Below are positions 37,109 to 45,306 of a stretch of DNA of 64,000 nucleotides, piece after piece. The position numbers were made by a program, and so were the translations under genes. Source of the DNA: Flavobacteriales bacterium (GTDB lineage Bacteria; Bacteroidota; Bacteroidia; Flavobacteriales_F; PHOS-HE28); the NCBI GenBank assembly GCA_016721825.1, contig JADKHI010000001.1, forward strand, positions 1,294,808 through 1,358,807, read 5' to 3'. Below the pieces are notes generated by a model. It did no database searches. It saw only the letters and a list, made by a program, of their open reading frames with translations, and was not told where the DNA came from. Positions within the stretch are counted from its first letter, which is position 1, and every line of letters begins with the position of its first letter.

Positions 37109-38068
37109 ATGAAAAGCGCTCTATTCCTTCTTAGCACCTTGCTCGGCTTAGGAACCTACGGACAGAACCTGGTGCCCAACGGCAGTTTCGAGCAGTTCAC
37201 GACGAACTGCAATTTCGGCCTTCAATACTCGATGTTACAGGACTGGGTCTATCCAGATTGCGCTTCTAGTCCCGGGTTAGCTCATGCATGCAACCCGCTT
37301 GCCGGTGTTCCACATAGTGGTTATGGATTCCAAGAGGCCCACAGCGGTGATGCGTTCATTGTCCTTTGGACCCTGAGCATGAACTCTCAGGGTGGTTTCC
37401 CTGATGGCAACCCACAGATGTATGCGAATATCGATCTGAACCAACAGCTTGTAGCGGGCCAGCACTATTGCCTCCGGTTGTGGATGAACATGGCCGATTC
37501 ATCATGCTATCGCACCAGTGCCTTCCATGCCTTCCTGTGGTACGGAACGCCCACGGTGTGCAACTACCAGGATACCGCATGGGACACGTACGCGGCGGTG
37601 ACCTTCGACATCAGTGCGGTGGATACCGCAGGTTGGACCTTGCTGGAAGCCGGGTTCGAGGCCAGTGGTGGCGAGAGCAACCTGACGCTCGGTGCTTTTC
37701 AAACGCTGGACGAGATCGACAGTGTCTTCATCGCGGACCATAGCAATGCGCTTGGGGCCCTACTGGCCGCATATTTCATTGATGACGTGGAGCTGTGGGC
37801 ATGCGAAGTCGGCGTGGAAGAGCATGCCAACGATCGACTGCGCTTGTACCCGAACCCGGCTACGGACCTGGTCCGGGTCGCGTTGAACGCCGGAGAGGAA
37901 ACAGGTACCGTGAGCGTGCTGGATGTGCAGGGGCGCGTGGTGCTTCAACAGGCCTTCCGAGGCGTGCAAGCGGAGCTGGATGTTTCCGGCTTGAGCAGTG
38001 GTGCGTATATGGTGCAGCTGCGCACAGAGCGTTCGGTGTTGTCGGCGCCGTTGCAGGTGGTGCGGTAG
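37109..38068 (+). CDS. T9SS type A sorting domain-containing protein, tandem paralog 2
   Basis: It has the same signal peptide and C-terminal domain as paralog 1. It is nearly identical to paralog 3 from about codon 120 onward. Confidence 0.8.
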   Translation: MKSALFLLSTLLGLGTYGQNLVPNGSFEQFTTNCNFGLQYSMLQDWVYPDCASSPGLAHACNPLAGVPHSGYGFQEAHSGDAFIVLWTLSMNSQGGFPDGNPQMYANIDLNQQLVAGQHYCLRLWMNMADSSCYRTSAFHAFLWYGTPTVCNYQDTAWDTYAAVTFDISAVDTAGWTLLEAGFEASGGESNLTLGAFQTLDEIDSVFIADHSNALGALLAAYFIDDVELWACEVGVEEHANDRLRLYPNPATDLVRVALNAGEETGTVSVLDVQGRVVLQQAFRGVQAELDVSGLSSGAYMVQLRTERSVLSAPLQVVR

Positions 38069-38219
38069 TTCGTTCCGAGGATTGGGTGTCCCGCGTGCGT
38101 CACGCTCTTACCCATCCGCTAGCCGCTCAAGAACTCGCCGCTAGAGGAATGAGGCAAGCTCCGCGTCCATTGCGTATGTTCGATGAGCGAGATCACTGTT
38201 GCACACGAATGCCAAGGTC

Positions 38220-39191
38220 ATGAAAAGCGCTCTATTCCTTCTTAGCACCTTGCTCGGCTTAGGAACCTACGGACAGAACCTGGTGCCCAACGGCAGTTTC
38301 GAGCAGTTCACGACGAACTGCAATTTCGGCCTTGGCTACAATAGTTTGCAGGATTGGACAGATCTGGATTGTGCAGCAAGTCCCGGTTTAGCGCATGCGT
38401 GCAATAACAGCTTGGGCAATGGCAGCGGAGTGCCTCAAGGGGGGCTTGGGTATCAAGTCAGTCACAGTGGCGATGGGTTTATGATGGTATCGACTTTGGT
38501 CATGAATAGCCAGGGTGGCTTCCCGGATGGCAACCCACAGGCTTATGCGAATGTCGACCTGACGCAACCGCTGGTGGCGGGCCAGCACTATTGCCTACGG
38601 TTGTGGATGAACATGGCCGATTCATCATGCTATCGCACCAGTGCCTTCCATGCCTTCCTGTGGTACGGAACGCCCACGGTGTGCAACTACCAGGATACCG
38701 CATGGGACACGTACGCGGCAGTGACCTTCGACATCAGTGCGGTGGATACCGCAGGTTGGACCTTGCTGGAAGCCGGGTTCGAGGCCAGTGGTGGCGAGAG
38801 CAACCTGACGCTCGGTGCTTTTCAAACGCTGGACGAGATCGACAGTGTGTTCATCGCGGACCATAGCAATTTGTTTGGGGCCCTGGTGGCTGCATATTTC
38901 ATTGATGACGTGGAGCTGTGGGCCTGCGAGGTCGGCGTGGAGGAGCATGCCAACGATCGACTGCGCTTGTACCCGAACCCGGCTACGGACCTGGTGCGGA
39001 TCGCGTTGAACACGGGTGAAGAAGCTGGTACGGTAAGCGTGCTGGATGTGCAGGGCCGCACGGTGCTTCGGCAAGCCTTCCGAGGTGTGCAAGCGGAGCT
39101 GGATGTTTCCGGCTTGAGCAGTGGTGCGTATATGGTGCAGCTGCGCACAGAGCGTTCGGTGTTGTCGGCGCCGTTGCAGGTGGTGCGGTAG
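38220..39191 (+). CDS. T9SS type A sorting domain-containing protein, tandem paralog 3
   Basis: It has the same signal peptide and C-terminal domain. Its N-terminal patch is a mosaic of paralog-1-like and paralog-2-like sequence. Confidence 0.8.
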   Translation: MKSALFLLSTLLGLGTYGQNLVPNGSFEQFTTNCNFGLGYNSLQDWTDLDCAASPGLAHACNNSLGNGSGVPQGGLGYQVSHSGDGFMMVSTLVMNSQGGFPDGNPQAYANVDLTQPLVAGQHYCLRLWMNMADSSCYRTSAFHAFLWYGTPTVCNYQDTAWDTYAAVTFDISAVDTAGWTLLEAGFEASGGESNLTLGAFQTLDEIDSVFIADHSNLFGALVAAYFIDDVELWACEVGVEEHANDRLRLYPNPATDLVRIALNTGEEAGTVSVLDVQGRTVLRQAFRGVQAELDVSGLSSGAYMVQLRTERSVLSAPLQVVR

Positions 39192-39351
39192 TGGCGGAGG
39201 AAGCACGTGCAGTAGATCCGGTGCGTCCATTTCTGCGCGCCAGCGGCCCAAGATCTGGGCACCACGCAGTTCCCTTCAGTGGCATCACGGCTTGCTCCTC
39301 GCCAAGGCGACCCTCTATTTTCCGGAGTATAAGTGAACCATCACCCCCCCA

Positions 39352-39390
39352 AACGAAAGAAGCCCGGCACATCGCCAGGCTTCTTTCGTT
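39352..39390. terminator. Bidirectional terminator hairpin between convergent genes
   Basis: AACGAAAGAAGCC-(13 nt)-GGCTTCTTTCGTT forms a 13-bp perfect stem between the stops at 39191 (+) and 39407 (-). Confidence 0.65.
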
Positions 39391-39406
39391 CAGAACGGTC
39401 CAACAC

Positions 39407-39997
39407 TCACTTCACACACGCCATCCCCTCCTCCACGGCGCGGAACTTAGCCAGCACGGCGGCTTGGTCCTGCGCGTCGGCAGCGGTAAGGTCCACGGGG
39501 CCGTTGGTGGTGTGGATGCGCACGGCCTGGGCCTGATCATCGAGGAAGGTGAGGATGGGCTGATCGCAGACCAGGGCGTCGCTGTAGTTCCAGCTGCGGT
39601 TGGTGCGGTCGAACTTGAGGATGCGCACGGCACCGGCGTCGGCACCGGTGAGCTGCGTGGTGGTGAAGGTGTCCTTGGTGGCATCGATGCGGTAATCAAT
39701 GCCCTTCAGGGTCACCAGCTGCAGCTCGTGGTCGCCCTCGTTCATGCTGATGGGGTTGCTGCCGCTCCAGAACTCGATCAGGTTCAGGATGATGGTGTCC
39801 ACACCGACAACGATGGGGTATACGATGCATCCGGGGATCCAGAACAGCAGGGACTTGAGGAACTTGCTGTCGGTGATGCCGTCGTGGAAGGCATAGGCCT
39901 TCTTGGTGAGGGCGAAGCTGCCGAAGCAGCCGGTCTGGGTGATGGTGATGCTGCCGAGCAGCAGGAACAAGGAGGCGTTGCGCAGGGTCTTCTTCAT
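39407..39997 (-). CDS. DUF3332 family lipoprotein
   Basis: MKKTLRNASLFLLLGSITITQTGCFGSFALTKKAYAFHDG matches the characteristic DUF3332 N-terminus (GCFGSF.LT.K.Y). Confidence 0.75.
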   Translation of the reverse strand: MKKTLRNASLFLLLGSITITQTGCFGSFALTKKAYAFHDGITDSKFLKSLLFWIPGCIVYPIVVGVDTIILNLIEFWSGSNPISMNEGDHELQLVTLKGIDYRIDATKDTFTTTQLTGADAGAVRILKFDRTNRSWNYSDALVCDQPILTFLDDQAQAVRIHTTNGPVDLTAADAQDQAAVLAKFRAVEEGMACVK

Positions 39998-40097
39998 GGG
40001 TGCGGTGGGTTGGGTTGAGCGCCAAAGGAACCGGGGATGGGGGGCTGCACACGGAGATGGAGGCGGGCGTTATCAACGGGATGCGGTGGATCGGGGT

Positions 40098-40660
40098 GGC
40101 TCGCAGGCTCGCTGGGGGTTAACCGCAGATGACGCAGAGCACGCAGATGAAATGGCGGCATAGCGAAGGCTCGCTGGCTCGCTGGAGTTTAGAACCACAG
40201 ATGAACGCAGATGCACACAGATGGAATTCTGAGCGCGCGATGGTTGAGCTCGCAGGCTCGCTAGTTGAACCACAGATGGCACAGATGGCCGCAGATGAAA
40301 TGGCGGCATGGTAGGGGCTCGCAGGCTCGCTAGTGGTGAACCACGGATGGACACGGATGAACACAGATGGAAATACCTAGAGCGATGAACGGGGTTCGCT
40401 GGCTCGCTGGGTGCTAACCACGGATGGACACGGATGCACACGGATACTGATAAGAGCTTGCTGCCGAAAACAAGCTCGCGGCCCGAAGCTCGAAGCTCGT
40501 GGCCGCAGCTGAAGAGGAAAGCTCCGCTGCCGCACATCCCTCTTGCCGCTAGCCGCTGGCCAACTCGCCGCTCCTGCCCTTGCTCCTGCTCCTTCCAACT
40601 GCCCCTGCCCCTGCCCCTGCCCCTGCTCCCGCGCCTGCTCCTGCCCCCGCCCCTGCCCCC
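40098..40660 (-). repeat. Mosaic intergenic repeat element, copy R3 (largest copy; forward orientation on the minus strand)
   Basis: Five tandem 68-79 bp units start at 40098, 40168, 40247, 40315 and 40393. Each is GGCTCGCWGGCTCGCT plus three CRCRGATG units. They are followed by modules J, B, J, F and an 89-bp C-rich A module (40572-40660). Confidence 0.85.
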
Positions 40661-40740
40661 TGATCTTCCCTCCCCGAACACTTCCCCCCCGCCCCGGCAC
40701 GTTCTGTGCTCAACAACACGCTGTGAACGATCGGTCTTCC

Positions 40741-43428
40741 ATGAGGGTCAGGGCCTTGCGGCTGCGGGATACTTTGCGCATCGTGCCCATTCTGCGCAAG
40801 CTCCGCAAGGTGCTCCTGATCTCCGTTGGGGTCGTGGTGCTGCTGTTCGGCGCCCTGATGGGCCTCGCCTACGCCTACGAGGATAAGGTGTTGGCGGTGT
40901 TGCGCGACGAGCTGAACGCCCACCTGACCACCCCCGTGCAGGTGGCCGGCATGGAGCTCACCCTGATCAAGCGTTTCCCCCAGGCCAGCCTCAGGCTCAC
41001 CAACGTGATGGCCTTGGAGGCCCGGCGCGACAGCCTGCCTGCCGACACCCTCCTTTACGCCGGTGACCTCTACCTGGAGTTCGGCCTCTTCGACCTGCTG
41101 GGCGGCGACTACACCATCAAGCAGGTACACGGCCAGGATGTGCGGCTCTACCCCGGGCTGGACGCGGATGGCCTGGGCAACTGGACCATCTGGAAGACCG
41201 ACAGCACCGCCAGCAGCAGCACGGCCTTCGCGCTGAACAAGGTGACCTTCGACGACCTGGTGGTGCGCTACCGCGATGCGCGCAGCGAACTGGAGATCCT
41301 GACCACGAGCCCCGACCTGGCCTTGAGCGGCCGCTTCAAGCCCGAAGGCAGCACCACCACGTTGCGTGGCCGCGCCACCTTGTTGCACTGGACCGAGAAG
41401 GGCAACGACGTTCTGAACGACCGCAGCGCCCAACTGGCTCTGGAGCTGGCGTTCGGGGGAAGCGACGGCGGCTTCCACATCACCAAGGGCGAAGTGCTCA
41501 CTGGCGATGTACCGCTGAACGTGACACTGGACGTAACACCCGGACCGAAGGGCGAAGCGCTGGACCTGAAGGCCAACGGACTGGGGCTCGACCTAGCCGA
41601 TGTGGTGCAACTGCTGCCCGAGGTGGCCGTGAAGAAACTGCGCCGCTATGGCATGGAAGGTGACGCCGACCTCGCCTTGCACTACCGCGGTGTCATTGCC
41701 GAAGGGCTCGCGCTGAGCGCCGGGTTGAAGGTGCGCGATGGGCGGATGAAGGAGCAGCGCAGCGGCACCGTGTTCAAGAACATCAACGGCGAATTCGCGG
41801 TGGACCTGCGGCCCGATGGCACACCGACCAAGCTTGTGGTGAAGGGCTTCAGCGCCCAGGCCGCCAGTGGCACCGTGAGCGGTTCGCTGGACATGCAGGG
41901 CCTCGCCAACGCCAAGGTGAAGCTGGACCTGAAGGCCAACATCGCCCTGGCCGACCTGCTGCGTTTCGCCCAGGTGGATACGCTGGAACAAGTGCAAGGC
42001 ACCCTCGTCGCCGACGCCCATGCCGTGGGGAAACTGCGTGACGTCAGCGACATCCGTGCGGCGGACCTGCGGGCTCTGACCTTGAGCGGTACCGGTCGCC
42101 TGAGCGGCGCCAGTTTGAAGCTGAAAGGCGTGCGCCACCGCCTGACCGACCTGGACGCGCAGCTCGCCCTGAAAGGCAACGACGCCACCGTGAGCGGCCT
42201 TACCGCCAGCGTGCAGGGGCAAGCCATCCAACTGGATGGTTCCCTGCGGAACCTGATGCCTTATCTGCTCTTCAAGGACCAGCGCCTGGCCATCGACGCG
42301 CGGCTCGTGTCGCCCTCGTTGGACCTTGCGGCGTTGCTGCATGAAGAGGGTGGCGCGCAGGGCACCGACTATGCACTCGTGCTGCCCACCCTGATCGACC
42401 TCGACCTGCAGGCCGACATCGCGCAGCTCGCTTTTGAGGACTTTCGCGCCGAACGCATCCACACCAAGTTGCGCTTGCACGACCAGGTGCTGAGCGCCGC
42501 GCCCCTCACCTTCGGCACAGCAGGCGGCACGGTGGTCGCGGACCTGGAGCTGGACGGTCGATCCGCGCAGGCCTATCCGCTGGCCGTGAACGCCTCGGTG
42601 AAGGGCATGGACATCAGCGCCTTCTTCAAGGAGTTCCAGGATTTCGGGCAGACCTTCATCGGCCACAAGAACCTGAAGGGCACCACGCACGCGCAGATCG
42701 CCTTCGCCGCGCCGCTGAGCCCCGCGCTGCAGATCGATCAGGACCGCATGGTTTGCGTGCTCGACCTGGGCATCGACAAGGGCGAACTGATCGGCCACCA
42801 GCCGCTGATCGACGTGGCGGACTACCTACGCAGCAACAAGCTCGTGTCGCCCTTCGTGGACACCGACGAACTGCGGAAGCGCCTGGCGCACGTCACCTTC
42901 AGCGACCTCGACAACCAGATCGAGATCCGCGACCGCACGGTCTTCATCCCCAACATGCTCGTGCACAGCAGCGCCATGGACATTGAGGTGAGCGGCTCGC
43001 AGACCTTCGCCGGCGGCATCGACCACCACCTCAACTTCCGCCTGAGCGACCTGTTCCGCAAGAACAGCGGCGAGGACGAGTTCGGCCCCGTGGTGGACGA
43101 CGGCACCGGCATGCGTGTGTTCCTGCACATGTACGGCACCACCGCCGACCCACAGTTCGCCAACGATGGCGCCATGGCCAGCGCACGCCGTAAGCAGCAG
43201 CTGAAGCAGGAGACCGCTACGTTGAAGAACATCCTGCGCGAAGAATTCAGCGGCGCGGGCGAACGCACCAGCACCCCGAACACCGCCACCCCGCAGCCCA
43301 GCTTCACTGTGGAATGGGACGGCACCGACAGCACCACCACCGCCCTGCCGCCCCCACCGAAACGCCGCAAAGGCCTGGGCCGCTTGCTGAGCGAGGAAGA
43401 GGAGAAGCCGGTGATCACTGTTGAGTAA
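40741..43428 (+). CDS. AsmA family outer-membrane assembly protein
   Basis: The real start is MRVRALRLRDTLRIVPILRKLRKVLLISVGVVVLLFGALMGLAYAY (N-terminal TM anchor) at 40741. The long beta-rich body and the C-terminal region (DIEVSGSQTFAGGIDHHLNFRLS) are typical of AsmA-like proteins. The upstream part of the track ORF is translated repeat. Confidence 0.75.
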   Translation: MRVRALRLRDTLRIVPILRKLRKVLLISVGVVVLLFGALMGLAYAYEDKVLAVLRDELNAHLTTPVQVAGMELTLIKRFPQASLRLTNVMALEARRDSLPADTLLYAGDLYLEFGLFDLLGGDYTIKQVHGQDVRLYPGLDADGLGNWTIWKTDSTASSSTAFALNKVTFDDLVVRYRDARSELEILTTSPDLALSGRFKPEGSTTTLRGRATLLHWTEKGNDVLNDRSAQLALELAFGGSDGGFHITKGEVLTGDVPLNVTLDVTPGPKGEALDLKANGLGLDLADVVQLLPEVAVKKLRRYGMEGDADLALHYRGVIAEGLALSAGLKVRDGRMKEQRSGTVFKNINGEFAVDLRPDGTPTKLVVKGFSAQAASGTVSGSLDMQGLANAKVKLDLKANIALADLLRFAQVDTLEQVQGTLVADAHAVGKLRDVSDIRAADLRALTLSGTGRLSGASLKLKGVRHRLTDLDAQLALKGNDATVSGLTASVQGQAIQLDGSLRNLMPYLLFKDQRLAIDARLVSPSLDLAALLHEEGGAQGTDYALVLPTLIDLDLQADIAQLAFEDFRAERIHTKLRLHDQVLSAAPLTFGTAGGTVVADLELDGRSAQAYPLAVNASVKGMDISAFFKEFQDFGQTFIGHKNLKGTTHAQIAFAAPLSPALQIDQDRMVCVLDLGIDKGELIGHQPLIDVADYLRSNKLVSPFVDTDELRKRLAHVTFSDLDNQIEIRDRTVFIPNMLVHSSAMDIEVSGSQTFAGGIDHHLNFRLSDLFRKNSGEDEFGPVVDDGTGMRVFLHMYGTTADPQFANDGAMASARRKQQLKQETATLKNILREEFSGAGERTSTPNTATPQPSFTVEWDGTDSTTTALPPPPKRRKGLGRLLSEEEEKPVITVE

Positions 43429-43429
43429 G

Positions 43430-43694
43430 TGTCAAGGGTCAAGTAGCAAGGGACAAGTGACAAGAGGCTTCGGGCCATGAGCTGCGAGCCACGAGCTTAT
43501 TTGCGGCAGCAGAGCCCTCCTCATCTGTGTCCATCCGTGTTCATCTGTGGTTTATTCAACGCCGGCAGCGCGCTTGCGCGCGGTTCCATCTGTGGCCATC
43601 ATATCGCGCGCAGGCACAGGCAGTGCAGTTCATCTGTGTCCATCTGCGTCCATCTGTGGTTAAGTCTCTCGGAAGGAACTGCGAGCCTGCGAGC
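43430..43694 (+). repeat. Mosaic intergenic repeat element, copy R4 (modules E-B-J-C...C-D)
   Basis: GTGTCAAGGGTCAAGTAGCAAGGGACAAGTGACAAG (E). CTTCGGGCCATGAGCTGCGAGCCACGAGCTT (B). TTGCGGCAGCAGAGCCCTCCTCATC (J). CATCTGTGTCCATCCGTGTTCATCTGTGGTT appears twice (C). GCGAGCCTGCGAGC (D). Confidence 0.8.
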
Positions 43695-43799
43695 AACGCG
43701 TCCTATGCGGTTCAGCATTCCTGCCGTTCCCGGCTTTCTCCGCGCCTCAGCGTCTCTGCTGCCAACCAATGAACGCCTCCGATCACCGATCTTCACCCC

Positions 43800-45305
43800 G
43801 TGGACCTCTATTCCCGTAAGCAACGTTGGAAGCTGGTGCTGGCCTTGATCGCCATGGCGATCGTGGGGGCCTCGCTGTGGTACAGCAACCGCATTGTGAG
43901 CAAGGTGCGGCAGGAGGAACGCAAAAAGGTGGAGCTCTGGGCCGAAGCGGTGAAGAGCCGCGCCCAGCTCGTCAACTACACCGACTCGCTCTTCCACCGC
44001 CTGCGCGATGAGGAACGCAAGAAGGTGGAGCTCTGGGCCGAAGCCATGGGCCGCCTGGTGAGCAGCGACCAGACCGACCTGAGCTTCTACCTGAAGGTGG
44101 CCAGCGACAACACCACCATCCCCGTGGTGATCACCGATGCCAGCGGTCGCTTCGGGCCCAACCGCAACCTCGACAGCCTGATCACGCGCGACACCACCGC
44201 CCTGCGACAGGAAGTGCTGACCATGGACAGCCTGCACGAGCCCATCGTCATCAACGTGTTCGCCGACCAGAAGCAATACCTCCATTACAAGGACTCGCGG
44301 CTGGTGACGGAACTCCAGGAGGTGATGGACGGCATCATCAGTTCCTTCATCAGCGAAACGGTGATGAGCACCGCCGTGGTGCCGGTGATCTACACCGACA
44401 GCACACGCACCCGCATCATCGAGTACGGCCACATCGACAGCCTTGTGGTGGCGGACAGCGCGGCCATGCAGGCGCGCATCCGCTCCATGGCCCAGGCCAA
44501 CAAGCCCATCGCCATCGACCTGCCGGGCAAGGGCCGCAACTACATCTTCTACGAGGAGTCTTTGGTGATCACGCAGCTGCGCTACTTCCCCTATGTGCAG
44601 CTGGTGATCCTTGGCCTGTTCCTCATCGTGGCCTACGCGCTCTTCAGCCTGTTCCGCAACGCCGAGCAGAATCAGGTGTGGGTGGGCATGGCGAAGGAGA
44701 CCGCGCACCAGCTCGGCACGCCGCTCAGCTCGCTGATGGCCTGGATGGAACTGTTGAAGAGCAGGGGCGTCGACCCTTCCGCCGTTACGGAGATGAAGAA
44801 GGACGTGGACCGCCTGGAGGTGATCACCGAGCGCTTCAGCAAGATCGGCTCCGCACCGGACCTCACACCCGAGAAGCTCTACCACACTTTGCGCGCCACG
44901 GTGCTCTACCTGCGGCCCCGTCTTCCTTCCCGCGTGAAGATCGAAGTGGTGACACCGGAGGATACCGAGCGCACCGTGCCCTTGAACCGCTCGCTCTTCA
45001 GTTGGGTGCTGGAGAACCTGGTGCGCAACGCCATCGATGCCATGGAGGGCGAAGGCAGCCTCACCATCGAGATCGTCCCCGAAGGTCCCGAGGTACACAT
45101 CGACATCACCGACACCGGCAAGGGCATTCCGACGGCCCAGTTCCGCACCGTTTTCCAGCCGGGCTTCACCACCAAGAAACGCGGCTGGGGTCTCGGCCTC
45201 TCGCTCAGCAAACGCATCATCGAGCAATACCACGGCGGGCGGATCTTCGTGAAGCGGAGCGCGCCGGGCAAGGGGACGACGTTCAGGATCACGCTTAACG
45301 CTTGA
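43800..45305 (+). CDS. Sensor histidine kinase (membrane-anchored, HisKA plus HATPase_c)
   Basis: GTG start with N-terminal TM WKLVLALIAMAIVGASLWY and a second TM VQLVILGLFLIVAYALFSLF. H-box: ETAHQLGTPLSSLMAWMELL. N/G boxes: LVRNAIDAM, DTGKGIP, GWGLGLSLSKRII. Confidence 0.85.
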   Translation: MDLYSRKQRWKLVLALIAMAIVGASLWYSNRIVSKVRQEERKKVELWAEAVKSRAQLVNYTDSLFHRLRDEERKKVELWAEAMGRLVSSDQTDLSFYLKVASDNTTIPVVITDASGRFGPNRNLDSLITRDTTALRQEVLTMDSLHEPIVINVFADQKQYLHYKDSRLVTELQEVMDGIISSFISETVMSTAVVPVIYTDSTRTRIIEYGHIDSLVVADSAAMQARIRSMAQANKPIAIDLPGKGRNYIFYEESLVITQLRYFPYVQLVILGLFLIVAYALFSLFRNAEQNQVWVGMAKETAHQLGTPLSSLMAWMELLKSRGVDPSAVTEMKKDVDRLEVITERFSKIGSAPDLTPEKLYHTLRATVLYLRPRLPSRVKIEVVTPEDTERTVPLNRSLFSWVLENLVRNAIDAMEGEGSLTIEIVPEGPEVHIDITDTGKGIPTAQFRTVFQPGFTTKKRGWGLGLSLSKRIIEQYHGGRIFVKRSAPGKGTTFRITLNA

Positions 45306-45306
45306 T

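Noticed and set aside
40098-40455. Five evenly spaced repeats that superficially resemble a CRISPR array.
   Set aside because: The sequence between the conserved blocks is itself repetitive (CRCRGATG units), not unique spacers. Unit length varies from 68 to 79 bp, and there are no cas genes in the window.
40543-40740. N-terminal extension of the AsmA-family ORF (PCPCPCPCS... translation). The same issue applies to the ldcA extension at 25861-26187.
   Set aside because: These extensions are translations of the mosaic repeat opened by alternative start codons. Proper starts with a TM anchor (40741) and a conserved N-terminus (26188) lie downstream.
43914-44044. A 35-nt near-identical direct repeat (34/35, encoding EERKKVELWAEA) 96 nt apart in the histidine kinase.
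   Set aside because: The sequence between and after the copies is unrelated, so it is not a simple tandem duplication. It is probably a native repeated helix motif of the sensor domain, and it stays in frame.
43599-45233. A 544-aa minus-strand ORF opposite the histidine kinase.
   Set aside because: It is antisense to a gene with H, N and G boxes, and it starts inside the mosaic repeat.
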